A DNA stretch of 60,335 nt, filler included. It is 4 parts of 4 records of this genome, joined end to end, with 100 filler letters (N's around TTAATTAATTAA, not from the genome) between each part and the next. Parts side by side here need not be neighbours in the genome. Positions count along the whole stretch, not along the records: positions 1 to 12,319 come from DRR723986_614; positions 12,420 to 40,477 come from DRR723986_616; 2 more parts are not named here. One strand, given 5' to 3'. Shown piece by piece: positions 8,734 through 17,268 of this stretch (within the stretch, counting starts at the first letter, position 1; every line of letters begins with the position of its first letter). Below the pieces are notes generated by a model. The model was not told the DNA's origin. It saw nothing but the letters and a program-made list of their open reading frames with translations, and ran no database searches. A program made the position numbers and the translations under genes.

Positions 8734-10056
8734 CTATGCTGACCTGTCCGGCTCCGGGAGCGCCTGCGTATGGTCAAAATACAATTTCGTTAAAATTGCC
8801 AAGGCAACACAACTGATTGCATGTGTAATCAATGTAAGCCAGGCTGCACCAATCGCTCCATGTGCCGGAAAAACGATGGTCGCGCCCAGTAAAAGCAAGG
8901 CCAATTCAATCGCAAAAACGCGATTCACCATGTTTTCGCGGCCGGCCGCCAGCAGCTGCGCCTCAAAGACATGCACCAGCATATGTATCACAAAACGCCC
9001 GGACAAAATCTGCAGAACAGGAACCGCCGGCCGGAAGTCTTCACCCAGCAGCCAGGGTAGCAGCCAGTCGGCCGCCCAGGCTAGTCCCAAACTAATCGGC
9101 ACAGCAGTCACCAAAGCACCCAGGAGGGCGCGCAGCACCAGCCTCGATTTTTTGCCGTTGGACGCAAATCCCGGCAACAGGACGTTAAAAACAACGCCGG
9201 GCAACATGCGCAGAATTGCGATAAAACGCGTCGCCGCCGCATAAAATCCTGTCGCCGTGCGCCCCACCAGATATTCAAGCAAAAATAAGGGAGCGCGGTT
9301 GATCATGACGGATGAAAAATTAATCAGTGCCAGGCCGAAGTTGCCACGCAGCATATCAACCGTCGCATGCAGCGATGATGTTGGCAGCGCGCCGGTCGTA
9401 CTTTTTGCCGTGTTCTGCGCAGAAACGGACGCCGGTGTGCGCTGCGTTACGGCGCGGCGCAGCAGGACGGCGCGCAGGATATCACCGGCGGCGATGGCGG
9501 CCAACATCAACATCAGATCAGCGGTCCACCAGATGACGACTGCCGCAGCCAGAAACTGTGTGCTTCCAATGGCTCCCTGGAGCCTGGAGAGGATATTGGT
9601 GGCCTGCAGCGCGCGCAGCGCGGCGGCTGAGGTCTGGGCATGTGTTCGCACTGGAGCCAGCAAGAGGACGGCAATCAAATACTGCGCAGAATAGAGCTGC
9701 GAACTTAGAATCAAGGTGATTGCCAGAGCGATCGGCAGGGCCACAGCGGCACAGTGCCATTTGAAGCGCGTCACCTGCCGAACGATTGGCCCCGTGGCTG
9801 TGCTGTCGGCACCGATGGCGCGGGCTACATGCAGGTCACTGCCGAAGTCGATGATGATTTCTATGACTGCCAACCAGGCAAATGCCAGCGCGTAAAGCGC
9901 AAGTGCATCCACACCGGCGGCGCGCGCAAGGGCGATGCCGGCGAGCATGCCCGCCGCCGCAACTAACACATCTGCGGAAATCAGACGTGTGACAGCTTTG
10001 GCAAGACTGCGTTCAAATGTATCTTGTGCGTCAGAGGGTTGCTGTTCAGTTGACAT
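8734..10056 (-). CDS. Polysaccharide/oligosaccharide flippase (Wzx/MOP superfamily)
   Basis: About 12 TM helices, IIDFG, TGFYAAATR and GAIGAAW motifs. Start taken at ATG 10056. Confidence 0.75.
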   Translation of the reverse strand: MSTEQQPSDAQDTFERSLAKAVTRLISADVLVAAAGMLAGIALARAAGVDALALYALAFAWLAVIEIIIDFGSDLHVARAIGADSTATGPIVRQVTRFKWHCAAVALPIALAITLILSSQLYSAQYLIAVLLLAPVRTHAQTSAAALRALQATNILSRLQGAIGSTQFLAAAVVIWWTADLMLMLAAIAAGDILRAVLLRRAVTQRTPASVSAQNTAKSTTGALPTSSLHATVDMLRGNFGLALINFSSVMINRAPLFLLEYLVGRTATGFYAAATRFIAILRMLPGVVFNVLLPGFASNGKKSRLVLRALLGALVTAVPISLGLAWAADWLLPWLLGEDFRPAVPVLQILSGRFVIHMLVHVFEAQLLAAGRENMVNRVFAIELALLLLGATIVFPAHGAIGAAWLTLITHAISCVALAILTKLYFDHTQALPEPDRSA

Positions 10057-10145
10057 AATCACAAAAATCAGTGCAATCCCCGCCGATTCCAAGTGAGCGA
10101 CGTTCGAATTGCATGGGTCAGAGAAATTTAAAGCTTGAATGGACT

Positions 10146-11033
10146 ATGCGTATTCTGCACGCAATCTACCGCGTGCTGCGCAATAGCTACATTCACATCA
10201 ACACTGTTATTGGGCGCGCGGGTGCCCACCATTCATTTCTGCTCTCAGCCGGAATCACCTTTAATATTTTCCTGGCCGTCCTGCCGATGATCCTCACGAT
10301 CGTCTTTGTTGCGGACCTTTTCTTCGACTCATCTGCGATGGCGGCGGCCGTCAAAACGCTTATCGAACAAACGCTGCCGCCAAATGCCAACGCCAGCGAA
10401 CTTCTCCAAAGTTATACAGAAGGGCTGAAGCTGGCCATCGAGCAGACTTCTGCGATAGGTTGGGTCGGGATCCCGGCGCTGATCTGGATCGCCAGCGCAC
10501 TCTTTGGCTCAATTCGCACCGGCCTGGATGGCGTGTTTGAAACACCCGAGACCTCGTTTTTCCTGAAGTACAAATTGCGCGACGTCGGCAACCTGGCCGT
10601 GCTGATGATCCTGCTGATGGCCTCCAGTTTTGCCAACACAATCTATGCCTTCATTGAGTCCTTCGGTCGTTATATCTCACCGGATATCTTCCGCGACGAC
10701 ATGACGATCTTAATCAGTTATGGAGCGCAGTTCCTGGTAACCGCGCTCTTTTTCTATCTGATATTTTTGATTGTCCCGAGCAAACGCCAGCCGAACTTCG
10801 TCACCAACATGGCGACGGTTATCTGCACAACTCTGTGGGTCGCGGCCAAATTTGTGTTTGCCTGGTACACCAGTACATATGCGTCGTACGGACGTATTTA
10901 CGGGGCATATGCCGTTCTGGTAGCCGTTGCGCTCTGGCTGTATTATTCTTCGCTGATCATGCTAATTTCGGCAGAGATTGCACGATATTGGAGCGAATGC
11001 CGTCAGCAAGCCAAGGAAAAGGCCAAAGGTTGA
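10146..11033 (+). CDS. YihY/virulence factor BrkB family membrane protein
   Basis: SAGITFNIFLAVLP and YGRIYGAYAVLVAVALWLYYSSLIMLISAE motifs. Start taken at ATG 10146. Confidence 0.88.
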   Translation: MRILHAIYRVLRNSYIHINTVIGRAGAHHSFLLSAGITFNIFLAVLPMILTIVFVADLFFDSSAMAAAVKTLIEQTLPPNANASELLQSYTEGLKLAIEQTSAIGWVGIPALIWIASALFGSIRTGLDGVFETPETSFFLKYKLRDVGNLAVLMILLMASSFANTIYAFIESFGRYISPDIFRDDMTILISYGAQFLVTALFFYLIFLIVPSKRQPNFVTNMATVICTTLWVAAKFVFAWYTSTYASYGRIYGAYAVLVAVALWLYYSSLIMLISAEIARYWSECRQQAKEKAKG

Positions 11034-11065
11034 TACTACGTTGAAATTCGAAGGAAGGAAGAACA

Positions 11066-11332
11066 ATGCGAGCCGAGAGTAACGAGCCAGATCCGGAAGA
11101 CCGCGAGATTCGCGAGAGTATCCAGGAAGAATTAAAGCAGGCGCTTCTGGGCCTGAAAGACGCAATGAAAAGTGAAGAGTACGACCAGGCAGTTCTGTTG
11201 TGCCTGAGTGCTTCCCGCTACCTGCGCGAGTTGGATGAGCACGACCTGGCAACCGATGCCGACCGCAGCCTGCTCTACGCCATGCGCAATAACGTCCACG
11301 AAATTTTCCGCATTCAAAACCGCTATCAGTAA
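11066..11332 (+). CDS. Hypothetical acidic helical protein (88 aa)
   Basis: ATG with GGAAG upstream; co-oriented between YihY and the M50 protease; no motif recognised. Confidence 0.6.
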   Translation: MRAESNEPDPEDREIRESIQEELKQALLGLKDAMKSEEYDQAVLLCLSASRYLRELDEHDLATDADRSLLYAMRNNVHEIFRIQNRYQ

Positions 11333-11400
11333 ACTCCTTGGGGAGTTGAAATTGAGCGCGTCAGCTCTGTCAGCACTAGAAACCGTCCGGTAATCCACGC

Positions 11401-12093
11401 ATGTTTGATTCAGATTTTGCAATGGGGTTGCAGCGCGTCCTGGTTATCGCGCCGATTCTCTTGTTTTCTCTGTCGTTTCACGAAATGGCACATGCGTGGG
11501 TCGCGAACCGTCTGGGAGATCCAACGGCGCGTCATCTGGGGCGGGTCACCATGGATCCGCGCAAGCACATCGATCTGTTCGGTACGATTATTATTCCGAT
11601 TGTAGCGATTTTCCTGAGTGGCATCTCGCTGATTGGTTGGGCAAAACCGGTTCCAGTCAATCCAAACAACTTTGACAACTGGCGGCGGGATGACACGATT
11701 GTGGCACTCGCCGGTCCAGCTTCGAACATCATTCTGGCATTCGTTTTTTCACTTGTTTTTTTCATTCTGGCCTCGATGAATTTGGTCGGTTTTCCACCAA
11801 ACCCCACACTTGACATGATGTTCTCCGACTATCGCGTGGAAGCATTTTTGTACTACGGCATGATCACGAATATCGCCCTGGCTGTTTTTAACATGATGCC
11901 GGTACCACCGCTGGACGGCTCTCACATCCTGACTAATTATCTACCGGACAAATTCGCTGAGCCCTTACGTCAGTTGGGTTTCATGGGCATTTTGGTGTTG
12001 ATAGTCCTACTGAATATTCCCGCGTTCCGCAGCCTGTACGGTGGCCTCTTATCGTTCTTCCTGGCGCCATTTAACCTGTTTTTCTACGCCTAA
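11401..12093 (+). CDS. Site-2 protease family (M50) zinc metalloprotease
   Basis: HEMAH, GWAKPVPVN, AGPASN and NMMPVPPLDG motifs. Confidence 0.93.
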   Translation: MFDSDFAMGLQRVLVIAPILLFSLSFHEMAHAWVANRLGDPTARHLGRVTMDPRKHIDLFGTIIIPIVAIFLSGISLIGWAKPVPVNPNNFDNWRRDDTIVALAGPASNIILAFVFSLVFFILASMNLVGFPPNPTLDMMFSDYRVEAFLYYGMITNIALAVFNMMPVPPLDGSHILTNYLPDKFAEPLRQLGFMGILVLIVLLNIPAFRSLYGGLLSFFLAPFNLFFYA

Positions 12094-12319
12094 AAGTCTG
12101 CTCCAGAGCATCCTTTTTCAGCAAGAGCTTTTTGTTTGTCACTGTGTGAGAAACCGCCGGCAGTTGAGACTGCCACAACTCCTTGTGCAGGTATTGCACA
12201 AGGCAGCCACAGCTATTTGAGAGTGCGAGTCTTTGAGAATTGCCGATGCTGTGAGCCACGGGCAAGCTGCCACCGCCTGCCAGCCCCGCAGACTTACGGC
12301 TCACAGCACTTAGGGCTGT

Positions 12320-12419
12320 NNNNNNNNNNNNNNNNNNNNNNNNNNNNNNNNNNNNNNNNNNNNTTAATTAATTAANNNNNNNNNNNNNNNNNNNNNNNNN
12401 NNNNNNNNNNNNNNNNNNN
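12320..12419. other. Artificial contig spacer (N44-TTAATTAATTAA-N44)
   Basis: N runs flank a 12-mer with stops in all six frames. Confidence 0.99.
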
Positions 12420-12449
12420 ACACGGGTTCGAGTCCCGTAGGGATCACCA
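12420..12449 (+). tRNA. 3' fragment of a tRNA (probably tRNA-Glu), truncated by contig start
   Basis: T-arm ACGGG-TTCGAGT-CCCGT, acceptor strand AGGGATC, discriminator A and CCA. The anticodon is not present, so identity is inferred. Confidence 0.85.
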
Positions 12450-12451
12450 TT

Positions 12452-12486
12452 AAAAAAAGCCTCGCTTTCGCGGGGCTTTTTTATTT
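12452..12486. terminator. Bidirectional intrinsic terminator after tRNA
   Basis: AAAAAAAGCCTCGC-TTTC-GCGGGGCTTTTTT hairpin with A and T tracts on both sides. Confidence 0.85.
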
Positions 12487-12509
12487 CTGGGTTTTGGAGC
12501 GGTGATGAA

Positions 12510-12602
12510 TTAAACCAAAAAAATAAACAACAGGAAGCTGGATACAGCCACCAGGTTTGCGGTGATCATGACGGGGGATGATGCTTGGTTTTCGTGTCTC
12601 AT
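12510..12602 (-). CDS. Putative 30-aa small membrane protein (not in ORF track)
   Basis: MRHENQASSPVMITANLVAVSSFLLFIFLV; GAGG just upstream of ATG; hydrophobic C-terminal half; ends before the bidirectional terminator. Confidence 0.45.
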   Translation of the reverse strand: MRHENQASSPVMITANLVAVSSFLLFIFLV

Positions 12603-12841
12603 GTTGGTCCTCGTGCCTTTTGCTTGCTAGCCTCTTGTATTATTGAGCGTTTGGTTTTTTATCACGCTCTGGAAACCATATGGCCATAGGTTTTGGGGAT
12701 TGTAAGCCCTGTTTGATCACAACAGTGTGTTGCGTTATTTGAAACAGGATTGTTAGGTTAATCTTGCATACGTATTTGCCGTCTTTTTGCCGTATCTGGT
12801 GTATAAAGCCATGAAAGTAGGGGCTGCTTAACTTTGCAGCT

Positions 12842-13849
12842 ATGAAATTGTACGAGGCGACGGTGCGTAAATTTTCTTTTAAATCGAACTTATTGGTGCC
12901 AGCTCTACTGCTGGTCGTGTCAACTCATGTTGTGGCACAAACTTCCGAACCTATAGAACCGGTGCTTCGGTTGCTTTCATACAATATCAACGGCTTGCCC
13001 AAGACGCTGACCAAAGGCAAACCGCCGCTTTTCAATCGTATTGCTGAAATTTTGCGCGAACGCCGCGCCGATGGTACTCACCCGCAAGTAGTGTTGTTGC
13101 AGGAGGCGTTTGACAAGCGCACTTCGGTTATCGCAGACACAACCGGTTATAAATATGTATACAAAGGCCCGGGCCGGCGCGACACATCGCGCAAGGGCAG
13201 GGCGCACTGGACCCAAGCAACCCGCAAGGCTTATGCTTTGCGACCTGATCCGCAAAAAATAGCTGGTAGTGGGCTGTATATTTTATCGGACTATCCAATA
13301 GTGGATGCGCGCTATAAGGCGTTTGATAGCGATGAATGTGCGGGTTTTGATTGTTTATCGAACAAGGCAATACAGTTTGCCCGCTTGCAGACGCCTTTTG
13401 CCGCTGCCCCCATTGATATTGTAAATTCACACTTTAATTCGCGCAGTTCTGCCAAAGCGCCGGGTAAAATTGTACTGAAAGCTCATAAAAAGCAAACCGA
13501 TGTTCTGGTGAAGTTTTTGGGTGAGTTCAGGCACGGTAACCCTATTGTTATTGCTGGGGATTTCAACACCAAGCAAGATAAGCGCTATGCTTATTTTTCC
13601 GCTAATGTGAACATGATTGATGCCGGTGAAACCTGTTTATCGAACCGGGCGTTGTGCATTATTGATGACGGCACAAAAGAAGACGAAATACTATATCGCA
13701 CCAATGACAAACAGTTTTATCAAAGCAGTGCAGAGGTGCGCTTGCAACCGGTTTGGATCGCCCGTAATTTTACTGAAATGTTGAACGATAAACCACTTTC
13801 TGACCATTTGGGTTATGAAGTTCATTACCGGGTAATCCCAAATGACTAG
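12842..13849 (+). CDS. Secreted endonuclease/exonuclease/phosphatase (EEP) family protein, sphingomyelinase-like
   Basis: Signal peptide, SYNING, LQEAF, GSGLYILSDYPI, AGDFN and SDH motifs. Confidence 0.85.
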   Translation: MKLYEATVRKFSFKSNLLVPALLLVVSTHVVAQTSEPIEPVLRLLSYNINGLPKTLTKGKPPLFNRIAEILRERRADGTHPQVVLLQEAFDKRTSVIADTTGYKYVYKGPGRRDTSRKGRAHWTQATRKAYALRPDPQKIAGSGLYILSDYPIVDARYKAFDSDECAGFDCLSNKAIQFARLQTPFAAAPIDIVNSHFNSRSSAKAPGKIVLKAHKKQTDVLVKFLGEFRHGNPIVIAGDFNTKQDKRYAYFSANVNMIDAGETCLSNRALCIIDDGTKEDEILYRTNDKQFYQSSAEVRLQPVWIARNFTEMLNDKPLSDHLGYEVHYRVIPND

Positions 13850-14675
13850 AGTTTATAATTGGGCTGTAACTATTGGCCTGTTAGGGTTGTGCGCCAGCGC
13901 CGTATCGGCAAATGATGTGGATGCCAGTTTTGGTGGTAAGCCAATTTACATTCAGGCGGATGAATTTGAAGATGATCGCAAGGCGGACAGCTGGGCCGGG
14001 CAAATAGGTTTTGGCCTGTCGGTTGCCCCCCGTTTTGTAGGCGCAAATGAGCATGTTACCAGTGTCGGGTTTGATGTAAAAATTAGCTATAAAGACACTA
14101 TCTTTCTTGAAAATAACCGCATTGGTGCGCTTTTATATAAAAACCGCTTTGTGCGCGCAGGGGCCATTGCCCGCTGGAATCTGGGGCGTATTGATAACGG
14201 CTCCCTAAGTTTGCTGGATACGATACCCGAAATAGACGACGCCTTTGAAATTGGTGCTTTTGCAGCGACGTCGCTGTATAAATTGTTCTTAACTACGGAA
14301 ATATATTTTGGGGCGACGGATAAATTTAGCGGTACCACCGTTGAAGTGGAAGCGGGATACACGTTTGAACCAGATTCCCAGTGGCGGGTAACGCCTATTT
14401 TGGGGGCTGTTTGGAGCTCAAGCGATTTCCTGAACACTTTTTACGGCGTTGAAGAAGGCAACCCTGACCTGCCAGCCTTTCGCCCCAATGGTGGATTAAA
14501 TGAAGTATACATGGAACTTGCGACAGAAAGGCGTTTCGGCAAGAATTGGCTTTTCAAAGGCAGTTTTCGGTTTTCTGAATTATTAGGGGATGCCGCGAAT
14601 AGCCCCATTGTGCGTTCAAGCGCCGGGTCGCGTGACCAGTTGCAGGCTTTCGTTGGTGTTGTGTGGTTATTTTAA
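13842..14675 (+). CDS. MipA/OmpV family outer-membrane protein
   Basis: Signal peptide, APRFVGA, YGV, GDAANSPIV motifs and C-terminal Phe. Confidence 0.88.
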   Translation: MTRVYNWAVTIGLLGLCASAVSANDVDASFGGKPIYIQADEFEDDRKADSWAGQIGFGLSVAPRFVGANEHVTSVGFDVKISYKDTIFLENNRIGALLYKNRFVRAGAIARWNLGRIDNGSLSLLDTIPEIDDAFEIGAFAATSLYKLFLTTEIYFGATDKFSGTTVEVEAGYTFEPDSQWRVTPILGAVWSSSDFLNTFYGVEEGNPDLPAFRPNGGLNEVYMELATERRFGKNWLFKGSFRFSELLGDAANSPIVRSSAGSRDQLQAFVGVVWLF

Positions 14676-15377
14676 ATGAAAAATAAATTTATTATTGGGG
14701 TTATTGTTGGTGTAGCTGGCTTGTGGGGTACACAGGCTTTTGATGGCGGGGAAAATACCATGCATGAAGGCTTTGTTGATGTGCGTGAAGCGGTGCCGGG
14801 AATTGTCGCTACCGCGCGTTATTCAGGCTCTGATAACTTCATTGGTGCACCCATTACAGGGTACGAGACTGATAAGGTTATTGTATCGAAGCCAGTTGCT
14901 GCTGCTTTGGCAAGGGTGCAGGCAGACGTTATGCAACAAGGCTATTCGCTTAAGCTTTTTGATGGCTACCGGCCACAGCGAGCGGTAGACCATTTTATGC
15001 GCTGGATTGCAGACGCAGAAGACACCAAAAATAAAGCAGCTTATTACCCTGATGTGAAAAAAGCCGATTTGGTTTCGCTTGGCTACATAGCTGAAAAATC
15101 GGGGCATAGCAGGGGTGGTTCAGTGGATATTACACTGGTTTACCGTGACGATGCGGGTGATTGGCGCGAGCTGGATATGGGTAGCCCCTGGGACCTGTTT
15201 GATGAGAAGTCTCATGCTGGTTCAACATTGGTAAATGCGTCAGCGCAGCGCAACCGCACCATACTTGCTGACGCCATGTTGCGGCATGGTTTTGTGCCGT
15301 ATAGCGAAGAATGGTGGCATTTCACGCTTGCTGATGAGCCTTATCCTAACACTTACTTTGATTTTCCTATTCAGTAA
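14676..15377 (+). CDS. ddpX: D-Ala-D-Ala dipeptidase (M15D, VanX/DdpX family) with N-terminal export signal
   Basis: DGYRPQRAV, SGHSRGGSVD (SxHxxGxxxD) and EEWWHF zinc motifs. Confidence 0.88.
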   Translation: MKNKFIIGVIVGVAGLWGTQAFDGGENTMHEGFVDVREAVPGIVATARYSGSDNFIGAPITGYETDKVIVSKPVAAALARVQADVMQQGYSLKLFDGYRPQRAVDHFMRWIADAEDTKNKAAYYPDVKKADLVSLGYIAEKSGHSRGGSVDITLVYRDDAGDWRELDMGSPWDLFDEKSHAGSTLVNASAQRNRTILADAMLRHGFVPYSEEWWHFTLADEPYPNTYFDFPIQ

Positions 15378-15379
15378 AG

Positions 15380-16147
15380 CTAGGGCTGACTATTATGCGT
15401 GGATTTTGTTAACTGAAAACGCCGCGCAGCTGCCCCAAAGGCTTGAAATAACTTGTGGGATTGCGGATTGTTCCATGATTGCCACTCAGGGTGCCATTGT
15501 ACTGCCAGACAAAACCCCTTTGCATCTGTCACTGTAACGGCCTCAATGGTGGTGTCGTCAGCCTCAGCTTCTACCATTAGTCCGTGTGCCAGTTGGTCCA
15601 CCCCTTGGCCGTGGACTGAATTCACCATGAATTCACTTTCACCAACAATGGAATGCAGAACGCTGCCTTCGGCAACCGTTACAGTGTGAGCTGGCCCATA
15701 TTGAATATCAATGGGGTCTTCGGTGTTTTCGCGGTGATCAAATCGCCCATCAACTTCTTGAAGCCGGGGGTGCAAGGTGCCGCCTAGTGCAACATTAAGC
15801 TCTTGAAAACCGCGGCATATGGCAAAAAGTGGTATGCCTAGGTCGAGTGCAGTCGGAATTATGTTAAATGATAGGTTATCCTTGGCCGGGTCTTCGTGCT
15901 CGGTTGCAGGCGCGGCTGCCATGCCATAGCGGGTGCGTTCAATGTTGCTGTATCCGCCAGTGAGCAAAATGCCGTCAAAGCGTCCAATGAAATCTTCGGG
16001 TTGAACATGCCCTGTTAGTGCAGGAATAAGCAGCGGCACACAGTCTGCTGAGCGCATGATCGCCTGCAAATATTTATCACCGGTTTGATGGTAACTATGC
16101 AGGCCGTGCTGTGCTGTTTCGCAAATAACGCCAATGATTGGTTTCAC
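15380..16147 (-). CDS. puuD: Gamma-glutamyl-GABA hydrolase (peptidase C26)
   Basis: KPIIGV, AICRGFQELNVALGGTL, VNSVHGQG and VQWHPEW catalytic motifs. Confidence 0.9.
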   Translation of the reverse strand: MKPIIGVICETAQHGLHSYHQTGDKYLQAIMRSADCVPLLIPALTGHVQPEDFIGRFDGILLTGGYSNIERTRYGMAAAPATEHEDPAKDNLSFNIIPTALDLGIPLFAICRGFQELNVALGGTLHPRLQEVDGRFDHRENTEDPIDIQYGPAHTVTVAEGSVLHSIVGESEFMVNSVHGQGVDQLAHGLMVEAEADDTTIEAVTVTDAKGFCLAVQWHPEWQSWNNPQSHKLFQAFGAAARRFQLTKSTHNSQP

Positions 16148-17007
16148 GATACGTCCCCTAGAGCGCTTAAAGCCATCTCTGCTTCGGTTTCTTCATGCCG
16201 CTGAAACAAGTTTAACTCGATGAACAAGAAGGCTACAATCCATATGAACGCATCCCAAAAATCAATAAACTCGCCGTATAGGCCCCAAATAATGGCTGCA
16301 ACAACCAAAATTGAATAAAGAATGGCTTTAATCCAGACATTCAACCGGTAAAGCTGGTTGGTTAACCCCCCGCGTATTTGCAAGAAAACGTCGACCCAAA
16401 GAACAATTACAATGATGATCCAAGTTCCTGCGTTAGCAACTTCGGTATACCCCAATAAGACTGCATCATTATATTTTGCGGCGCTGGCAATGATGCTGTT
16501 GGCTTCATTAGTGAAATAAGGACCGGTTCCAACACTTGCGCAGCTGGTTGCCGAAAGTGCGGCATATGTATCAATGTTGATCATATAAGAAAGCTGGGCA
16601 CCCACCGCCTCACACGCGACAGCTACATCGCTTGGGCTAAAGTCCAATACGAATATTAGCTTGCCGTAGTACCCTAGGAATGCTTTGACGATAAAGAAAT
16701 AACACACCAACGAAATCACGTTAATAGACCAGCGTAGCAGGCCTTTGTATTTATCGTCATCTATAACCCAAGTTTCAAGTTCCAACAGCAATAATAGGAC
16801 GAACCAAGCAACAGTATCTACCGCTTGGGCAAAAGCATCTGTGAAATTGGATAAGGTAACGCCATCCCGGAATCTGTGGGCTGACGCCATATAGTCTTCA
16901 TAGGCAAAATGACCGACATTGTAGAAAATCAGCAAATAAATGCTGTATTTCAACACTTGATATAATGTGCTGCTTTTTACACTAAAATATGAGCTTGAAA
17001 GTGCCAT
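16144..17007 (-). CDS. Uncharacterised multi-pass membrane protein, translationally coupled to puuD
   Basis: About 6 hydrophobic helices; stop overlaps the puuD start (GTGA). Confidence 0.8.
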   Translation of the reverse strand: MALSSSYFSVKSSTLYQVLKYSIYLLIFYNVGHFAYEDYMASAHRFRDGVTLSNFTDAFAQAVDTVAWFVLLLLLELETWVIDDDKYKGLLRWSINVISLVCYFFIVKAFLGYYGKLIFVLDFSPSDVAVACEAVGAQLSYMINIDTYAALSATSCASVGTGPYFTNEANSIIASAAKYNDAVLLGYTEVANAGTWIIIVIVLWVDVFLQIRGGLTNQLYRLNVWIKAILYSILVVAAIIWGLYGEFIDFWDAFIWIVAFLFIELNLFQRHEETEAEMALSALGDVS

Positions 17008-17268
17008 TAGGAAACCAACTCACGCGTTTAAATACGATATGCCTGTAGTTAAGAAACTTTTGTCTGTGGTCGCAATTGTGATCACAACTTTAGAGAAGTT
17101 TCAACGCTCTTATATCCGTGTTTGTTTGGTAAAGGTGTGCCGTTCGCCGTATCACCTTGCCATTATCTTCTGCGAGGCTTTATAATCTGTTGCGATGACC
17201 ACTCGCAATATAATGATTTGTTTTTAAAGATATTTAACAACGTCAGTGTAAATAAAGGTCTATCTCTA

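Noticed and set aside
12364-12375. TTAATTAATTAA palindromic repeat (also at 40522 and 50724)
   Set aside because: Artificial six-frame stop linker inside N spacers; not biological and not a CtrA site.
12420-15377. Genomic island or prophage integrated at the tRNA
   Set aside because: No integrase, no duplicated tRNA 3' end and no phage genes seen downstream.
14676-15377. Vancomycin resistance gene vanX
   Set aside because: No vanH, vanA, vanR or vanS nearby; it fits a DdpX-type peptidase of a diderm.
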